Of a stretch of DNA of 64,000 nucleotides, positions 36,760 through 50,200 are shown piece after piece (position 1 is the first letter of the stretch; every line of letters starts with the position of its first letter). The notes under the pieces are model-generated. The model had not been told where the DNA came from. It saw only the letters and a list, made by a program, of their open reading frames with translations, and ran no database searches. The stretch comes from Azolla caroliniana (Eukaryota; Plantae; Polypodiophyta): the NCBI GenBank assembly GCA_043228905.1, contig JBHGNT010000004.1, positions 9,548,001-9,612,000 of the forward strand, given 5' to 3'. Position numbers and translations under genes: made by a program.

Positions 36760-39751
36760 GTAAATGGCATTTGCAAAGTTCAATTTCCATCAACACAATT
36801 ATTAATGGTTTTCTTCTAATAAATGAAGCACATATTTACCATAAGGTATCTTGTTCTGCAACATACATCTTTAAAAAACCTCTTTTATTTGAAAAACAAC
36901 AAGAGTTTTAAACATGAACACGATATGTTGTATTGAATTGATGTAAAAAATAGAGTTTTCATCATAACTCTATACAATATATTGAATTCATGTTCAAAGT
37001 TTTTTTACCGGATTTAAAAAATAATAATAATAATAAATTAAGCTTGAGTTCATAGAAAAACCAGATTTTTCATCACAATTCAATACAATGTATCGAGTTC
37101 ATGTTTAAAGTAATTTTTTCTAATTTTTAAAAAAACATTTTCAATTTGTTTCAAATTTTTTTATTTTTTTTCAATTTTTTATTGTTTTTTTCAATTTTTT
37201 TTATTTTTTTATTTTTTATGGAAATAATAATAATTTTAAACATGAACTCGATACATTGTATCGACTTGTGATAAAAACTCTGGTTTCTTCATCACTTATT
37301 AAAGCTCCAAAACAAAATTCTAAGACAGAGACGAAATTGGTACTAAGAGAGAAATATTAGTACTAAGAAGAATTTCAGGTGTAGAACACTTGAGAAAAGA
37401 AGAGAGAGAGAGAGAGTGAGAGAGAGAGAGGGACTGAGAGGGAATGATGATGACATGAGTTAATCTACGGCGTATCGAGTTCATGCGTATCGAGTTCATG
37501 TTGAAAAGCTAACTTTTGTACATGCACTCGATATGCCTTTTCAACATGAACTCGAAACGGCGTATCGAGTTTATGTTTAAAGTTTTATTTTGGATTGTTT
37601 TTTTTAAATAATTACATTTTTTCCTATTTTCTTTTGGTATTTTCTTTTTTTTGCTAAAAAATTTTGAGCTTTAATAAGTGATGAAAATAATATTTCATAT
37701 ATTACAATGTATGGTCTAATGGTCAAGAGCTTGACCCATGTAGCATAAGGTCATGGGTTCGAATCCTACCATATCATGACATGAACTAAGCTAGCTTTTT
37801 TACATGAACTCGATACGCCTTTTCAACATGAACTCGATACGCCGTATCGAGTTCATGTTTAAAGTTTTATTTCGTATTTTCTTTAAAAAATAATTACATT
37901 TTTTCCTATTTTATTTTGGTATTTTGTTTTTTTTTCTAAAAAACTTTGAGCTTTAATAAGTGATGAAAATAATATTTTGTGTATTACTATGTATGGTCTA
38001 ATGGTCAAGAGCTTGACTCATGTACCACAAGGTCATGGGTTCGAGTCCTACCATATCATGACATGAACTCGATACACCTTTTCCACATGAACTCGATACG
38101 CCGTATCGAGTTCATGTTTAAAGTTTTATTTCGGATTTCTTTTTAAAAATAATTACATTTTTTCCTATTTTATTTTGGTATTTTCTTTTTTTTTCTAAAA
38201 AACTTTGAGGTTTAGTAAGTGATGAAAATAATATTTTATGTATTACAATGTATGGTCTAATGGTCAAGAGCTTTACCCATGTGGCATAAGGTCATGGGTT
38301 CGAGTCCTACCATATCATGACATGAACTAAGCTAAACTTTTTACATGAACTCGATACGTCTTTTCAACATGAACTCGATACGCCGTATCGAGTTCATGTT
38401 GAAAAGCTAACTTTTTTACATGTACTCGATATGGCGTATCGAGTTCATGTTTAAAGTTTTATTTCAGATTTTATTTTTTAAATAATTACATTTTTTCCTA
38501 TTTTATTTTGTTATTTTGTTTTTTTTTCTAAAAAACTTTGAGCTTTAATAAGTGATGAAAATAATATTTCATGTATTACAATGTATGGTCTAATGGTCGA
38601 GAGCTTGACCCATGTAGCATAAGGTCATGGGTTCTAGTCCTACCATATCATGACATGAACTAAGCTAACTTTTTTACATGAACTCGATATGCCTTTTCAA
38701 GATGAACTCGATACGGCGTATCGAGTTCATGTTGAAAAGCTAACTTTTTTACATGAACCCGATACGTCGTATCGAGTTCATCTTGAAAAGCTAAATTTTT
38801 TACATGAACCCGATACGGCGTATCGAGTTCATGTTGAAAAGCTAACTTTTTTACATGAACTGGATACGGCGTATCGAGTTCATGTTTAAAGTTTTATTTC
38901 GGATTTTTTTTTTTAAATAATTACATTTTTTCCTATTTTAGTATGGTTTTATTTTTTTTTTCTAAAAAGAAATTGAGTTTTAATAAGTGATAAAAATAAT
39001 ATTTTATGTATTACAATGTATGGTCTAATGGTCAAGAGCTTGACCTATGTAACATAAGGTCATGGGTTCGAGTCCTACCATATCATGACATGAAAAGTTT
39101 AATTTTGGATTTTTTAAAAAAAATAATTACATTTTTTTCTATTTTATTTTGGTATTTTGTTTTTTTTCCTAAAACAAAATTGAGCTTTAATAAGTGATGA
39201 AAAAACCAGAGCTTTTATCACAAGTCGATACAATGTTTCAGATTGATGTTTAAAAAATAAAACAAAATCAATAAAAAATTATAAAAAATTGAAAAAAATT
39301 GAAACAAAATTGAAAACAATTAGAAAAAATTACTTTAAGCATGAACTCAATACATTATATCGAATTGTGATGAAAATTATGGTTTTCTAGATGAACTCAA
39401 GCACAATTTATTATTATTATTATTTTTTAAATCCAGTAAAAAAAACTTTGAGCAAGAATTCAATACATTGTATGGAATTATGATGAAAACTCTATTTTTT
39501 ACATCAACTCGATATAACATATCGACTTAATGTTTAAAATCTTGTTGTTTTTCAAATAAAAGAGGTTTTTTAAACATGAACTTGAATCGTACTAAAATGT
39601 TTGTTTTAACAAGAGAAAAATATGCATATCGATAGTGCAAACAAGTATGTTGTACAACAAGATACTTTATGGTGAACATGTGCATCATTGATTAACAAAA
39701 AACTATTAATAATTGTGTTGATGGTAATTGAACCTTGCAAATGCCATTTAC
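36760..39751. repeat. Large internal inverted repeat (arms ~36760-37308 and ~39182-39751)
   Basis: GTAAATGGCATTTGCAA... vs ...TTGCAAATGCCATTTAC; colinear inverted similarity along ~550 bp. Confidence 0.85.
37460..39180 (+). repeat. Tandem units carrying tRNA-like A/B boxes and CATGAACTCGATAC/GTATCGAGTTCATG hairpins
   Basis: TGGTCTAATGG at 37712, 37994, 38253, 38586, 39021, each followed ~44 nt later by GGTTCGA(A/G)TCC (degenerate in the fourth copy). Confidence 0.85.
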
Positions 39752-42700
39752 ATGGTCCATAAAGTGTTCGTGTGGTTCTTAATCACTACTTAATGTTAAT
39801 CTTTATAGTTGGAATGAAGGATGACAACACAAGTATAACTCAGATGACAAGGAAACTTGCAAGAACTCAAGATGGGGATATTAATAGCTACACTTGTAGA
39901 TGGCCATGACCTAGGGTACCAATTCTACATTGGTAAAGTTTTGGACGTTGTCGTAGTGTATTTCGTACACTACGTGAAAAAGTAAAAATAATATAACCGA
40001 TTTAATTACATATAAATAAATAAAATAATATATCAAGATATTTATCACGTGCATAGGGCAAGATTTGAACCTTGTACCTCCACGTAGCCAAACCTCAACT
40101 TTACCATTATGCTACCTTATCTTTAGTGTTCTACAAATAGATTTAATAACTATAAGTGCTTTATTTGCACCTACCTTTATTAAAAGGTAAATCGTGCATT
40201 TTTAGAGTGCGTGAATATTTTATAGAAAAACGCAAGCAACTAAAAAGTGACTCATGCACATCTAGCGTGCATGAGCACTATATTTAGCAAATAAAAGCAA
40301 GGATTAGAAAAGCATCACATGCACATTTAGTGTGCATGAACATATTAGAAAAAAAAAGCATGTAGCTATGGTTAGTCTCTCCCATCACTACATAAGGATG
40401 GGGAGCACAATGTAATAGGCGTGTGAAAAATATTTGGGAAATTGGATATATTTCCTAAAACACCAATTAATATAATCGTGGGATTCACGAAAATAATATA
40501 ATCTATACTTGTGGGATTCACAAGTTTCTTATATCTTTCTTTCAATCTAAATACATATTCTTTTTTTTTGTTGATTATTTTTCTATAATGATCAATCAAT
40601 CTAAAATATTCGTGGGATTCACGAATTTGCTAAAATAATTCTCTCTTACTACCTAAATATTGACTAAATATACTAAACTCGTGGGATTCACGAGATTCTT
40701 ATCTTATAACTCTTTATACCTATTCTTTACTAGCCTAATTTGTATTTTTCTTTCTCCTAGTCCAAAACCTCGGTGGTTCCCACCCGACTCACGCAAACGA
40801 TCCGGAGCCGAAAGGCACGACAACGTGATGATGTATTAAACGTTTGTAATACATCTATCACTGACATTAATGAGGTGGATATCATTATGTATGACTTTAC
40901 ACAAACAAAAGTTGGATGTATAAGGACAACAACGATATGCATAATAAAAGAGATATTAGCAAGTCTAGAAGATATCTCAGATTGAAGGCGAAGAAGATTT
41001 ATTGCACAAAATCTGAAGATACCATTTGGTGAAGACAATGATTTGATTGGTACATTGGAAGATGAGGAGGAAGAGTCACAATTGTATATTATCTATAGTA
41101 GTGATTCTCATGAAAAGAATGATGATAGTCATGCAAATAACTCCCAAATGTATTTGTTGTGCAACTATATGTAACAAATTTAGACAACATTTTATCGAAT
41201 GGAATAAAAACGTTCATTGTTTTGAAATATTCTACTTTGATTTCTTTAAGATCTAAAAACTTATTAGTTGTCATTTTTCTTTAAAAATCCACAAAGTTAC
41301 TTTTCATATTTTACCCAAATTTGGCATTTTTCAATTTTACCAAATGGTGAAATTTTCAACTTTTTCATCATGTTTTGGAGAACATGTGATACTAGTATCA
41401 AGATGTTTTGTGAAATGGCAAAAAAAAACCCAAAATCAAACGGAATATTCCTTATCCTTCCACTTGTGCGCGATCCTTCCACTTGTGAACGCAAACGTGT
41501 TTGATGGAGACCAACTCTATGTTAGCAACTTTTGATAGGTTCTGTGATCGTGGTGTTATTTTGTATTTCACTAGGAAACTTCCTTTGGTATCATGGATTA
41601 AGCAGTGGTTGAATTCATTCATAATGCATAATTGTGTTGAGGATATGTATGTGGTTCCAAGAGGTTTCTATAATGTAGTTTTTCGATCCTCAGAACATTG
41701 TACGGCTTTGATGGCAAAGGTACCAATCTTTTTTGATAGAAGATTTGTGAATGTGATGCAATGGGTTCCAGTGCTAGATTATAAAGATTTAGTAAAATAC
41801 ACTGTCCAATTCGGGTGACCGTTGATTGTAGCAACTCATTCTTTTGGGATTTACTACAAGGATTGATGTCTCAAATTGGTAAAGTTTTGGTTGCAGCTCC
41901 TGTTAATTCGTTGAACAAATGTAGATTTTGCATGTTATGGGATACAAGTTGTAAACTTCCAAGATGGTTGAGTATCGATACATCTTGATTTGGTTGGTTT
42001 CGTTTTAAGCTTCAACGGGAAACTTTTGCAGGACATTGTTTAAAATGTGGTAATTTGGGGCATTTTATGGATGAATGCCAATATATGGTGAACTATCCCT
42101 AGAAAATAAGGAAGATGTTGAGAAGGACATGGTCATGATTATTCATGATTCGTTTTGTCCACATATTGACTATAATGATCCATATGGACGTTTTTTGGTG
42201 ATGGAAGTCAAGTATTTTGAGGATTTGATATGGTTGGTAGGAATCTATGCACCCAATAATGCTAATCAATGCATTGAGTTATGGTCTTCAATCTATCCAT
42301 GACTATTAGTGGGCCGTGTTGGTTTGTTAATGGGTTATTTTAATATGTGTGTTGATGCGTCACAATCTACTTCATGATTCTCATTGATAGATTCTCATGA
42401 GCAAGTAGTTTGGGACAAACTGGCATCAGAGGTTTTGAAGTTGGATGTATGGAAATGGTTGCATCAAGATGAGGTTGGGTTTACATTTCAATCTATCCAA
42501 TATAAGGAAACATGGAGTAGGTTAGATAGAATGTATGTTATGCATGATGAGTCCTTTTAGCCAGAGATGCTTAATATGTCAATTATGCAAGAGGGTGTGA
42601 CATCGGATCATTTTCCCAATTTAATGCCTATATGGAACAAATTTTTGGCATGTTTTCAGAACAAGTTATTTAAAAAGGATGGCATTCATGGGATAAAACA

Positions 42701-44220
42701 CACTACAAAACATCAATGATATTCATCGTATGTATGGTATGACAAATGCTAAAAGACGTAAGAGATTGATTGATAAGTTTTCATATATTCTTACGCGATG
42801 CAAATATTTGTCAAGTATTGGATGTTGATTTTGAAGAAGCTGAGGTTGAAAAGGTATTGTTACACCTTCCAAATGGTAAAAGCCCTGATTGGGATGGTGT
42901 TACAAATGAAGTTTTTAAGAAGTATGCTAGCATGCTTAAGAGTCCATTCCCACAAATGTTTCAACAATGTTGGGATTCTGGTTTCATGCCTCAAAGCTAG
43001 AAGGTGGGCTTAATCAAATTGTTACCAAAGGTACCATCTCCGGAGTCATTTCATCAATGGAGGCCTACTTCTTTGATGGGAGGGTTGTACAAAATCGCGT
43101 AAGAATATATGAAAACTTATCGATCAATTTCTTATGTCGTTTAGCATTAGTCATACCATACATACGATGAATACACATCCATAAGACACAATAAGACATA
43201 CATATATTATAATAGCATAAGACACAATATTCTTTTTTGTAACAACTTGGAGCAACTTTTGTCATTTTCCGATAAGGGATAATGTTTATTGATTTTTACA
43301 AGAAATATTTTGAAGAATACTAGTGAGTTCTAATGTTTATATATAACTACATCGTACAAAATAGAAACATATTATGAGAATGCATTGATTTGACAGTTTT
43401 AGTCCTAGTAATTTTTGTTGAAAAGACAACTACTTTGCTGGTGAAATATATGTATGTGTATAGATATTAAATGTATATATTTATTTTCCCAAAATATTCT
43501 TTTTTGTTTATGTTTTTTGCATTGTTAAAAGCAAAAAATTGTTTCGGCTTGAAACAACACTTCTTGGTGGTGAATGCATACAAAGGGCTCTTTCAGTTTT
43601 GATCAAAATTTAAGAATGAAGTAGAGAAAGCCATGGGCTAACATGTACAATTTCTTCGGTCGGACGGAGGAAAAGAGTACTTCTCCGACGAATTTTCGGC
43701 CTTTCTCTGGAAAGAAGGAATTCGGCGAGAGTTTTCACATCGTTTGTTAGTAATGTTGTCAAAACTTGCGGCCAGTGGTGATATTGTGGGTTTGCATCTT
43801 CCTTATGGTGGACAATTGGTGGCACAGGCATCAACTGATGATTCGTTTATGTTTTTCCAAGCCTCAAAAGAAAATCATAAAAGGAGTATACAAGTTTGGG
43901 ATTAATTTGCTTTGGCTTTAGGGTTGTATATAAATTGGAGAAGTCTCGACTTATTTCTTTTACATAGAGTAATTTGGAATGTTTGGGATGGCGAGGGTTA
44001 GTGATTACATGAGGATCAATTTATCAACATTTGGGTTATCCATTGGGAATTGAGGTTACAAATGTTCAATTGATTGACTGGATTGGTAGTAAACTGAAGG
44101 ACAAATTTATGTATTGGAAGTCTCAATTATGGCCCTTGCATGTACGACCCAAAGTGGTGCAATGTATCTTGATACCCATGTTATTATATTTTTTGCATTT
44201 ACATCCTTGGACTAAGAAGC

Positions 44221-44633
44221 TATTGAGATACAAGCTCAACATTGGCCGGATCGGTTGCGCAAGCCGAGAACCGGATCGGTTAAGTCGGACCGGTGCGTAA
44301 ACCGGGTACGTAAACCGGTGCGCAAACAAGAAGTTGTAACGGTGCGTAAACCGCGAGGCCGTTGGAAAGATATTCCGCGTAGGAATATATTTTGGGAGTT
44401 AGTGTAGAGCTCATTTATGAGCATTGAAGTACGTGTCAATACTTCTATCAATCCGTATAAAAGTGCTCACTGAGCACTTTCTATGTATATACTGAGTATT
44501 ATTTTTTGAATAGAGTTGTGTGTATTCTCTCTCTCAGTCAGTCTCTCCTGCATACTGTGTGTCCAAGCTCTCCATTAAACTTGTGTTTTCCTACGTTCTG
44601 CCTTCTGTTGCTTCTGCATGTCGTTTTTTTACA
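44221..44633 (+). repeat. Copia 5' LTR
   Basis: TATTGAG (TG mutated to TA)...TTACA; homologous to 61196-61623. Confidence 0.9.
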
Positions 44634-47227
44634 TGGTATCAGAGCGCGAGGGTTGAGAATGAACCTCTACAGCAGACCTTAGCATGAGAAGAAAACCTAA
44701 CCTTCAAAAAGAATAAGAAAAACTGAATGGATAGAGGCCTGGCTAGCTTGCTTCCGACCGAGAAGCTTGACAGAAACAACTACGCATCTTGGTTGTACAA
44801 GATGCACCAGTACCTGCTCGGGCATGGATACTAGAACTATGTCGACGGAGCAAATGACTCAGCACCCGATTCGACACACAAAGACTTCCCAACTTGGGAA
44901 TAGTCGGCGAGTAGAGTTCTCTATTGCTCTACATCTTGTGTGGGCGAACAACTTTTGAGCTATATTCGGGGTGCGAAAATGGCAAAGGATGCTTGGGGAA
45001 ATTTGAAAAAGATTTTCACCGCAAGCACCACAGCCAGAAAACTCCAACTTCGATAGGAGTTGAGCAACTTGCGGCAACACGATTTTTCGGTGGCTGATTA
45101 CACCTCGAAGATCAAAGATATATGCGACTCCTTAGCCTCCATCGATGTGAATGTCGAGGAAGGTGAGATGGCGCAGATCTGTCTCGGGGGACTGGCGTCG
45201 AAGTTCGGAGCGTTTCAAACTGCTATGTGCACACGGGAGAATACGCCGTCGTTTTTCGACCTATAGTCGATGCTCCTTATAGAGGAGTACCATGCGGGTG
45301 CGTGGATGAGTACGCACACCGATAGCAAGATGTTGTACACGAAGGGAGATAGGCCCCGTCTTCATGGCAGACGAGGCGAGTCGGTGCACAATGGAGGCGG
45401 CCGATGGGATCAAGGAAGAAGGCACTGAAGTGATGCCAAGAGCAATTCTGGACCCTCCAGAAACAGGGGGAGTCGAGGCAACGAGAACCAGCAAGGGAAA
45501 CCCGTCACGGAATGCTGGTATTGTGGCAAGAAAGGCCACAAGGAGAGCGAGTGCTGGAAGAAGTGCGCCGATTCGGAGAAAACCGGATCCTGATCCGTAC
45601 AAACCGACAATGGAAATCACCAGCGATCGCACTACGCCAAAGGATCCGAAAAAGTCGGAAAGGGGGCCGTCTTATGACAAGACACGAGGCGAACTCGATG
45701 AAGAAGAGCACCCCGGAATCGGACGAGGTGTGATACGTTGACTCCGGTGCGTCAACCCACATAATGAGCCATAAGGAGTGGTTCTCATACCTTGAGAAAC
45801 CGATGCAACTAGAGTAGTCGCAACAAGACACGTCACTCCACATCCGATCGAGAATTTCGTTGAAGTTCCCCTAAGCCATGCCGGGAAAAAAGGGAAACTC
45901 ATGAACGTGTTACACGTCTCGACAATCACAAAGAATCTGGTGTCGGTCGGGCATATCGTCAACCAGGGGATGCAAGTCTGGTTCATGTTGTCGTAAAGAT
46001 CCGTCACTACGCGCAGATCATGAGGCGGAACTGTTGTGGTTCTGGACCGGAACGATTCGACGTTAGCACAAGCTTTAGCAAGAAAGGAATTAAGATAGAT
46101 TGAAAGAGAGAGAGATTGAGAAAAGATAGAACACTTGATTTTAGATTGAGAGAGAGATTAAGAACTCTTGACTTTAGATTTCAGAAACAAGTTACAAGAT
46201 CAATTCGATGACGAATTTTCTTCTTCTTAATTTCATAACCAAAAGAGCCTAACCCTTCTTCTTTTTCATCCCCCTCTTTTATAGATGCTCTCATGCATAT
46301 GATGCATGTGAGGGTACAAGACATGCATAAAATGCATGTTTTCCATTTGACGCTCATGTATTACATGTGGTGCATAATAACCATATCACTCATTTTAGTT
46401 CTCATGTATAAGAATTTACATGCAAAAGTACAATGATAGAAATAAAAATTCAACTAAATGTTATGGCTTAGTGGTAAGCCTACTAACTCTTAACTAGGAG
46501 GTGCAAGGTTCGAATCCACACTTGCACTCCTTGTGTATACATATATTTATTTATTTATATATATATCTACCTGGTCACCGGATGACGCCGGTTCGCCGGA
46601 TGCTGGTCGCCACCGATTACCGTTGATTGTTGGATGACGTCAGTTCCCCGGATGCCGCCGGTTACCGTTCGGTCGCCGGATGCTGGTTCCATTGCCGGAT
46701 GCCGGATGCCGGTTACCGCTCGGTCACCGAGTCCTGGTTACGTTGCCGGTCCGGTTTTGGTTGGGCAAAACCTTTGCAAGTAGCTAGGCCACACCCATTC
46801 ATCCAATAGCTTAGTTCAAGTCACCTTGAACTCTCTATGCTCCACACATAGACACAAAGATAATAGCTTTTGCTCTACCTTATATATGGTGAGATCCTTA
46901 TTTCCTATCTATGTGGGATATCTCACAGTTTTATTTTTCTCTTCTTCCTTCTCATACTTCACTCCCACATAACTTGTCACTTAGATGTCCGTTTCTTATG
47001 TAGTAAAGTGCATCTCTTCAAGATCTTCGTCTTTTGTACTAAGATATTAAACTTACTTAGAATCAGTATATTCACTATTATTGTTTTATATGATTGACAC
47101 TTGATTTCGTATGTCTTATGTAATTTTCACACCATTGCCGAAAATCTTCACGACATCCACCACCACCAAACCGCACGTCCTCCGGTACGTGCCAAGAAGA
47201 GAGAAAGTGAGATTTTGGCTACGGTGA

Positions 47228-50200
47228 TCAATCAGATTCCTCCATGTCTTCATTTACATCCGCCCTATTATGTTCATCGTCGAGGTGATCGAGGTCAGGA
47301 TCTTCGTCTTGTCTTTTCTTGAAAATCTTTACTCTTTTTCCCGCAATGGGTACGATCAACCTTGACTTGTCTAGCTCTGCAAGGTGGTATGTGGCATTAT
47401 CGTTGGCACTTGTCACCACATACGGCCTAAACCATCTTCTTGCGAACTTTCTTGTTGTACTGTGTTGATTGTCAAGGCTGTTGTCGTAAACCAAAACCTA
47501 ATCTCCTTCTTCAATCTTCTTGGGACGAAGTCGATCCGTGTTGTCGAACCGAACTTTGTTTTTTACTCGGGTTGCCTCCATCATCTTTTGCGCTTTTTCT
47601 AGATTTTCAAGTTGCCTTATCAGCGACGCTAATAACTCTTCTCGGCTCATCTTGTTCTCCCACGGTATCGCTACCCATGAGGCAATCGTCCTTTCGATGG
47701 GCATTACCGGCTTTTGTCCATACATAAGCTCTGTCGGCATATACCCTATCACTGAGCTGTGTGTCGTTCTGTCAGCCCACAAGGCATAGGGTAATAGTCG
47801 TGACCAATTCCCGACTCGATCACTGCATGCCCGTACGATGGCTTTGACGATAGGTCCATGTCCTCACTCGATCTTCCCATTCGCTTCCGGATTGTAGGCA
47901 GTCATGAGGGAGAGCTTCACGCCTAGTCGTTCGAAGAGCTCCGTCGCTTCGTGCTCATCCAACTCCCCTCGGTCAACCACTATCTTCCCCACACATCTGT
48001 ATCGGCAAACAACCTCTTCAAGTAGAAATTTGCAAACGACTGAAGTCGTCTTATTTGTCAAGGCTCGTCCTTCCACTTGATTTGTCAAGTCTTCCCTTGC
48101 CAGCACTAAGTACTTCATTTGTCCCACTCCCATTGGTATCGAGACCAAATCCACCATCCATTTGAAGTGTATGGTGAGTGGGTATGCCGGCCGTAACTCA
48201 TCACGATGACGTATATTTGAATGTATTTGGCAAGTTTCGCATGTGGACACGAAATGGAGTACATCTGTGTACATGCTTGGCCACCAGTACTTCTCCTTCA
48301 ACTTTTCGAACGTCGCCCATGTTCCTCTATGACCTGCCCAAGTACTCTCGTGGAATTCGGTCATCAGCCTCTCTTGCTCTTCTTTCTTCACCACCACTCG
48401 ACATGGTATTCTTGTCCTTCTTTTTGGATGTCGCCAAAGGAATCCTCCTTTCAAGAAGTACCGGTAAGATTTCTTCCGGATTCGTAGGGCCTCCTCCTTT
48501 GTCAACGAAGCATCTGCCGTCAATGTTCTTAGGAATCTACCGATCAATAACCACTCTCTTTCGTACTCGTTCTCGTTGAAGGCCCGGAGGGTTTGCATGT
48601 CCTGGTCTTCCGCTGATAATCGAGCCATCTTGAAGAAGTCGAGGGCGACATCTTCATCTTCCGAAACCATGTCGCTGCCATTTTCAAATCTTGCCCTCGA
48701 CAGCATGTCAGCCATGGCGTTCTTCTTCCCTGCAATGTGACGGATCTCTAGGTTTAAAGACTTGATGTAGGTGATCCACCTTAGCATAACAAGATCTAGG
48801 GTCGCACATCCCGAGACCATTCCGAGAATTGGGAGACAATCTGTCTCTATTATCATTTCCGACCTGATCAGGTAATCTTTGTCCGTCTTCACTGCTGACA
48901 CAATACCCTAAAGTTCCCGCTTGCCTTGGGCATATCTTTGTTGCCGTTCGCTGAGAATCTTTGCTCCGAACCGGACGGCATATCGTGCATTATCTTCTCC
49001 TTCTTGATTGATGACCCACCTGATTCCGGTTGGGCTCGTATCGACGGTCATGTAAATCGGCTTCCCTTCAGCATAGTCGTCCTTCCTTAGTGCCAGAGCT
49101 TCGAGAAGTAGTTTCTTCAATCTTCGCATCGCATTTGTGTGCTCGTCTCGCCATTCGAACTTCATTCTTTTCTTTAGTAGTCCATATAACGGTTCCGCGA
49201 CATGAGCGTTGTGCGGAATCCAGATATGATAAAATGTGCATGCTCCAAGGAACCTTCTAACCTCCGTTTGGTTTTCGCATTCTTCTTTCATGTCTTGGAA
49301 CGCGTTCACTTTGTATGGCAAAGGCTTCCGGCCGTATGCCCCACACAAGTGACCTACGACCAAGATCTCTAGTTGCCCGAATGCAGATTTTTCTCCCGAA
49401 AATGTCAAATTCGCATCTTCGAGCCTTTGAAGCACCTTCTCGCAATCTTTCATATGATCTGCAACGAACTTTCTACAACCTTCCTTATCTTTTGATTCAT
49501 CTTTCTCCTCATCCAAACATCCTTTTATCAGAATATCATCCAAGAATGGCATCGTGATGTCCGTGATGCAATCCTTCAAGACTTTATTCATGGCATTCAC
49601 CATATGAGCTACCGAGTTCGTTGCGCCTTGGGGTAAGGTACACATCCGCATAAGCCCGATAGGAGTCCTCATGGTTGTAATGTTCCGACTGTCGATCGCC
49701 AATTGGAATTGGCCATATCCGGAGTAGAGATCGCCAATGGAGTAGATGGACCGGCCTTCAAACGCTTCGGCAAATTCGTCCATGCTCGGACCAATTCCGG
49801 CATTTCGAATTGTCACCTTGTTGACGGGTTGAAGATCTTTGATGAATCGCAATGATCCATTCCTCTTCGGCACCGTGAACCACCTATTGGAATAAGGAGA
49901 ATTCGACGGTTCTAGAATTCCCATACTCACCTTCTCCTTTAAGAGCTCAATCAGCTTCGGAAGGTGTGCTCTTGGAACCGGTTTCGGTTTCAAATTCCAA
50001 GGCACATGAGGCACCGTGAAGATCACCATCGGCTCTATAACCTTTGGGTCGGCACATCCGATTTCTCGTGGAAAGAATGCGAAAGCCTTCCCATGTCCCC
50101 CAAGCATATCACGAAACATTCGCTCCTCTTCAAGGGGAAGGAAATCCTCCTTTCCAACTCGTAGCTTCCCCTTCGTCTCTTTGGTGAAGACATGACCTAC

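Larger units (their letters stand above)
36141..41501. mobile_element. Non-autonomous TIR DNA transposon, 4-bp TSD TGAT, TIR AACACGTT(T/C)GCGTTCACAAGTGGAAGGAT
   Basis: Inverted termini at 36141 and 41501; TGAT at 36137-36140 and 41502-41505; empty site preserved at 34787-34790. Confidence 0.85.

Noticed and set aside
37705-37775. Functional tRNA genes (also 46464-46527)
   Set aside because: A and B boxes are present but I could not build a convincing acceptor stem and 7-nt anticodon loop
37460-39180. CRISPR-like array of palindromic repeats
   Set aside because: The intervening sequences are themselves repeated, there are no cas genes, and the context is eukaryotic transposon DNA
36760-39751. 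Independent MULE/foldback insertion defined by the ~550-bp inverted arms
   Set aside because: No TSD at the arm ends (ATTTGTGAA vs ATGGTCCAT); kept only as internal structure
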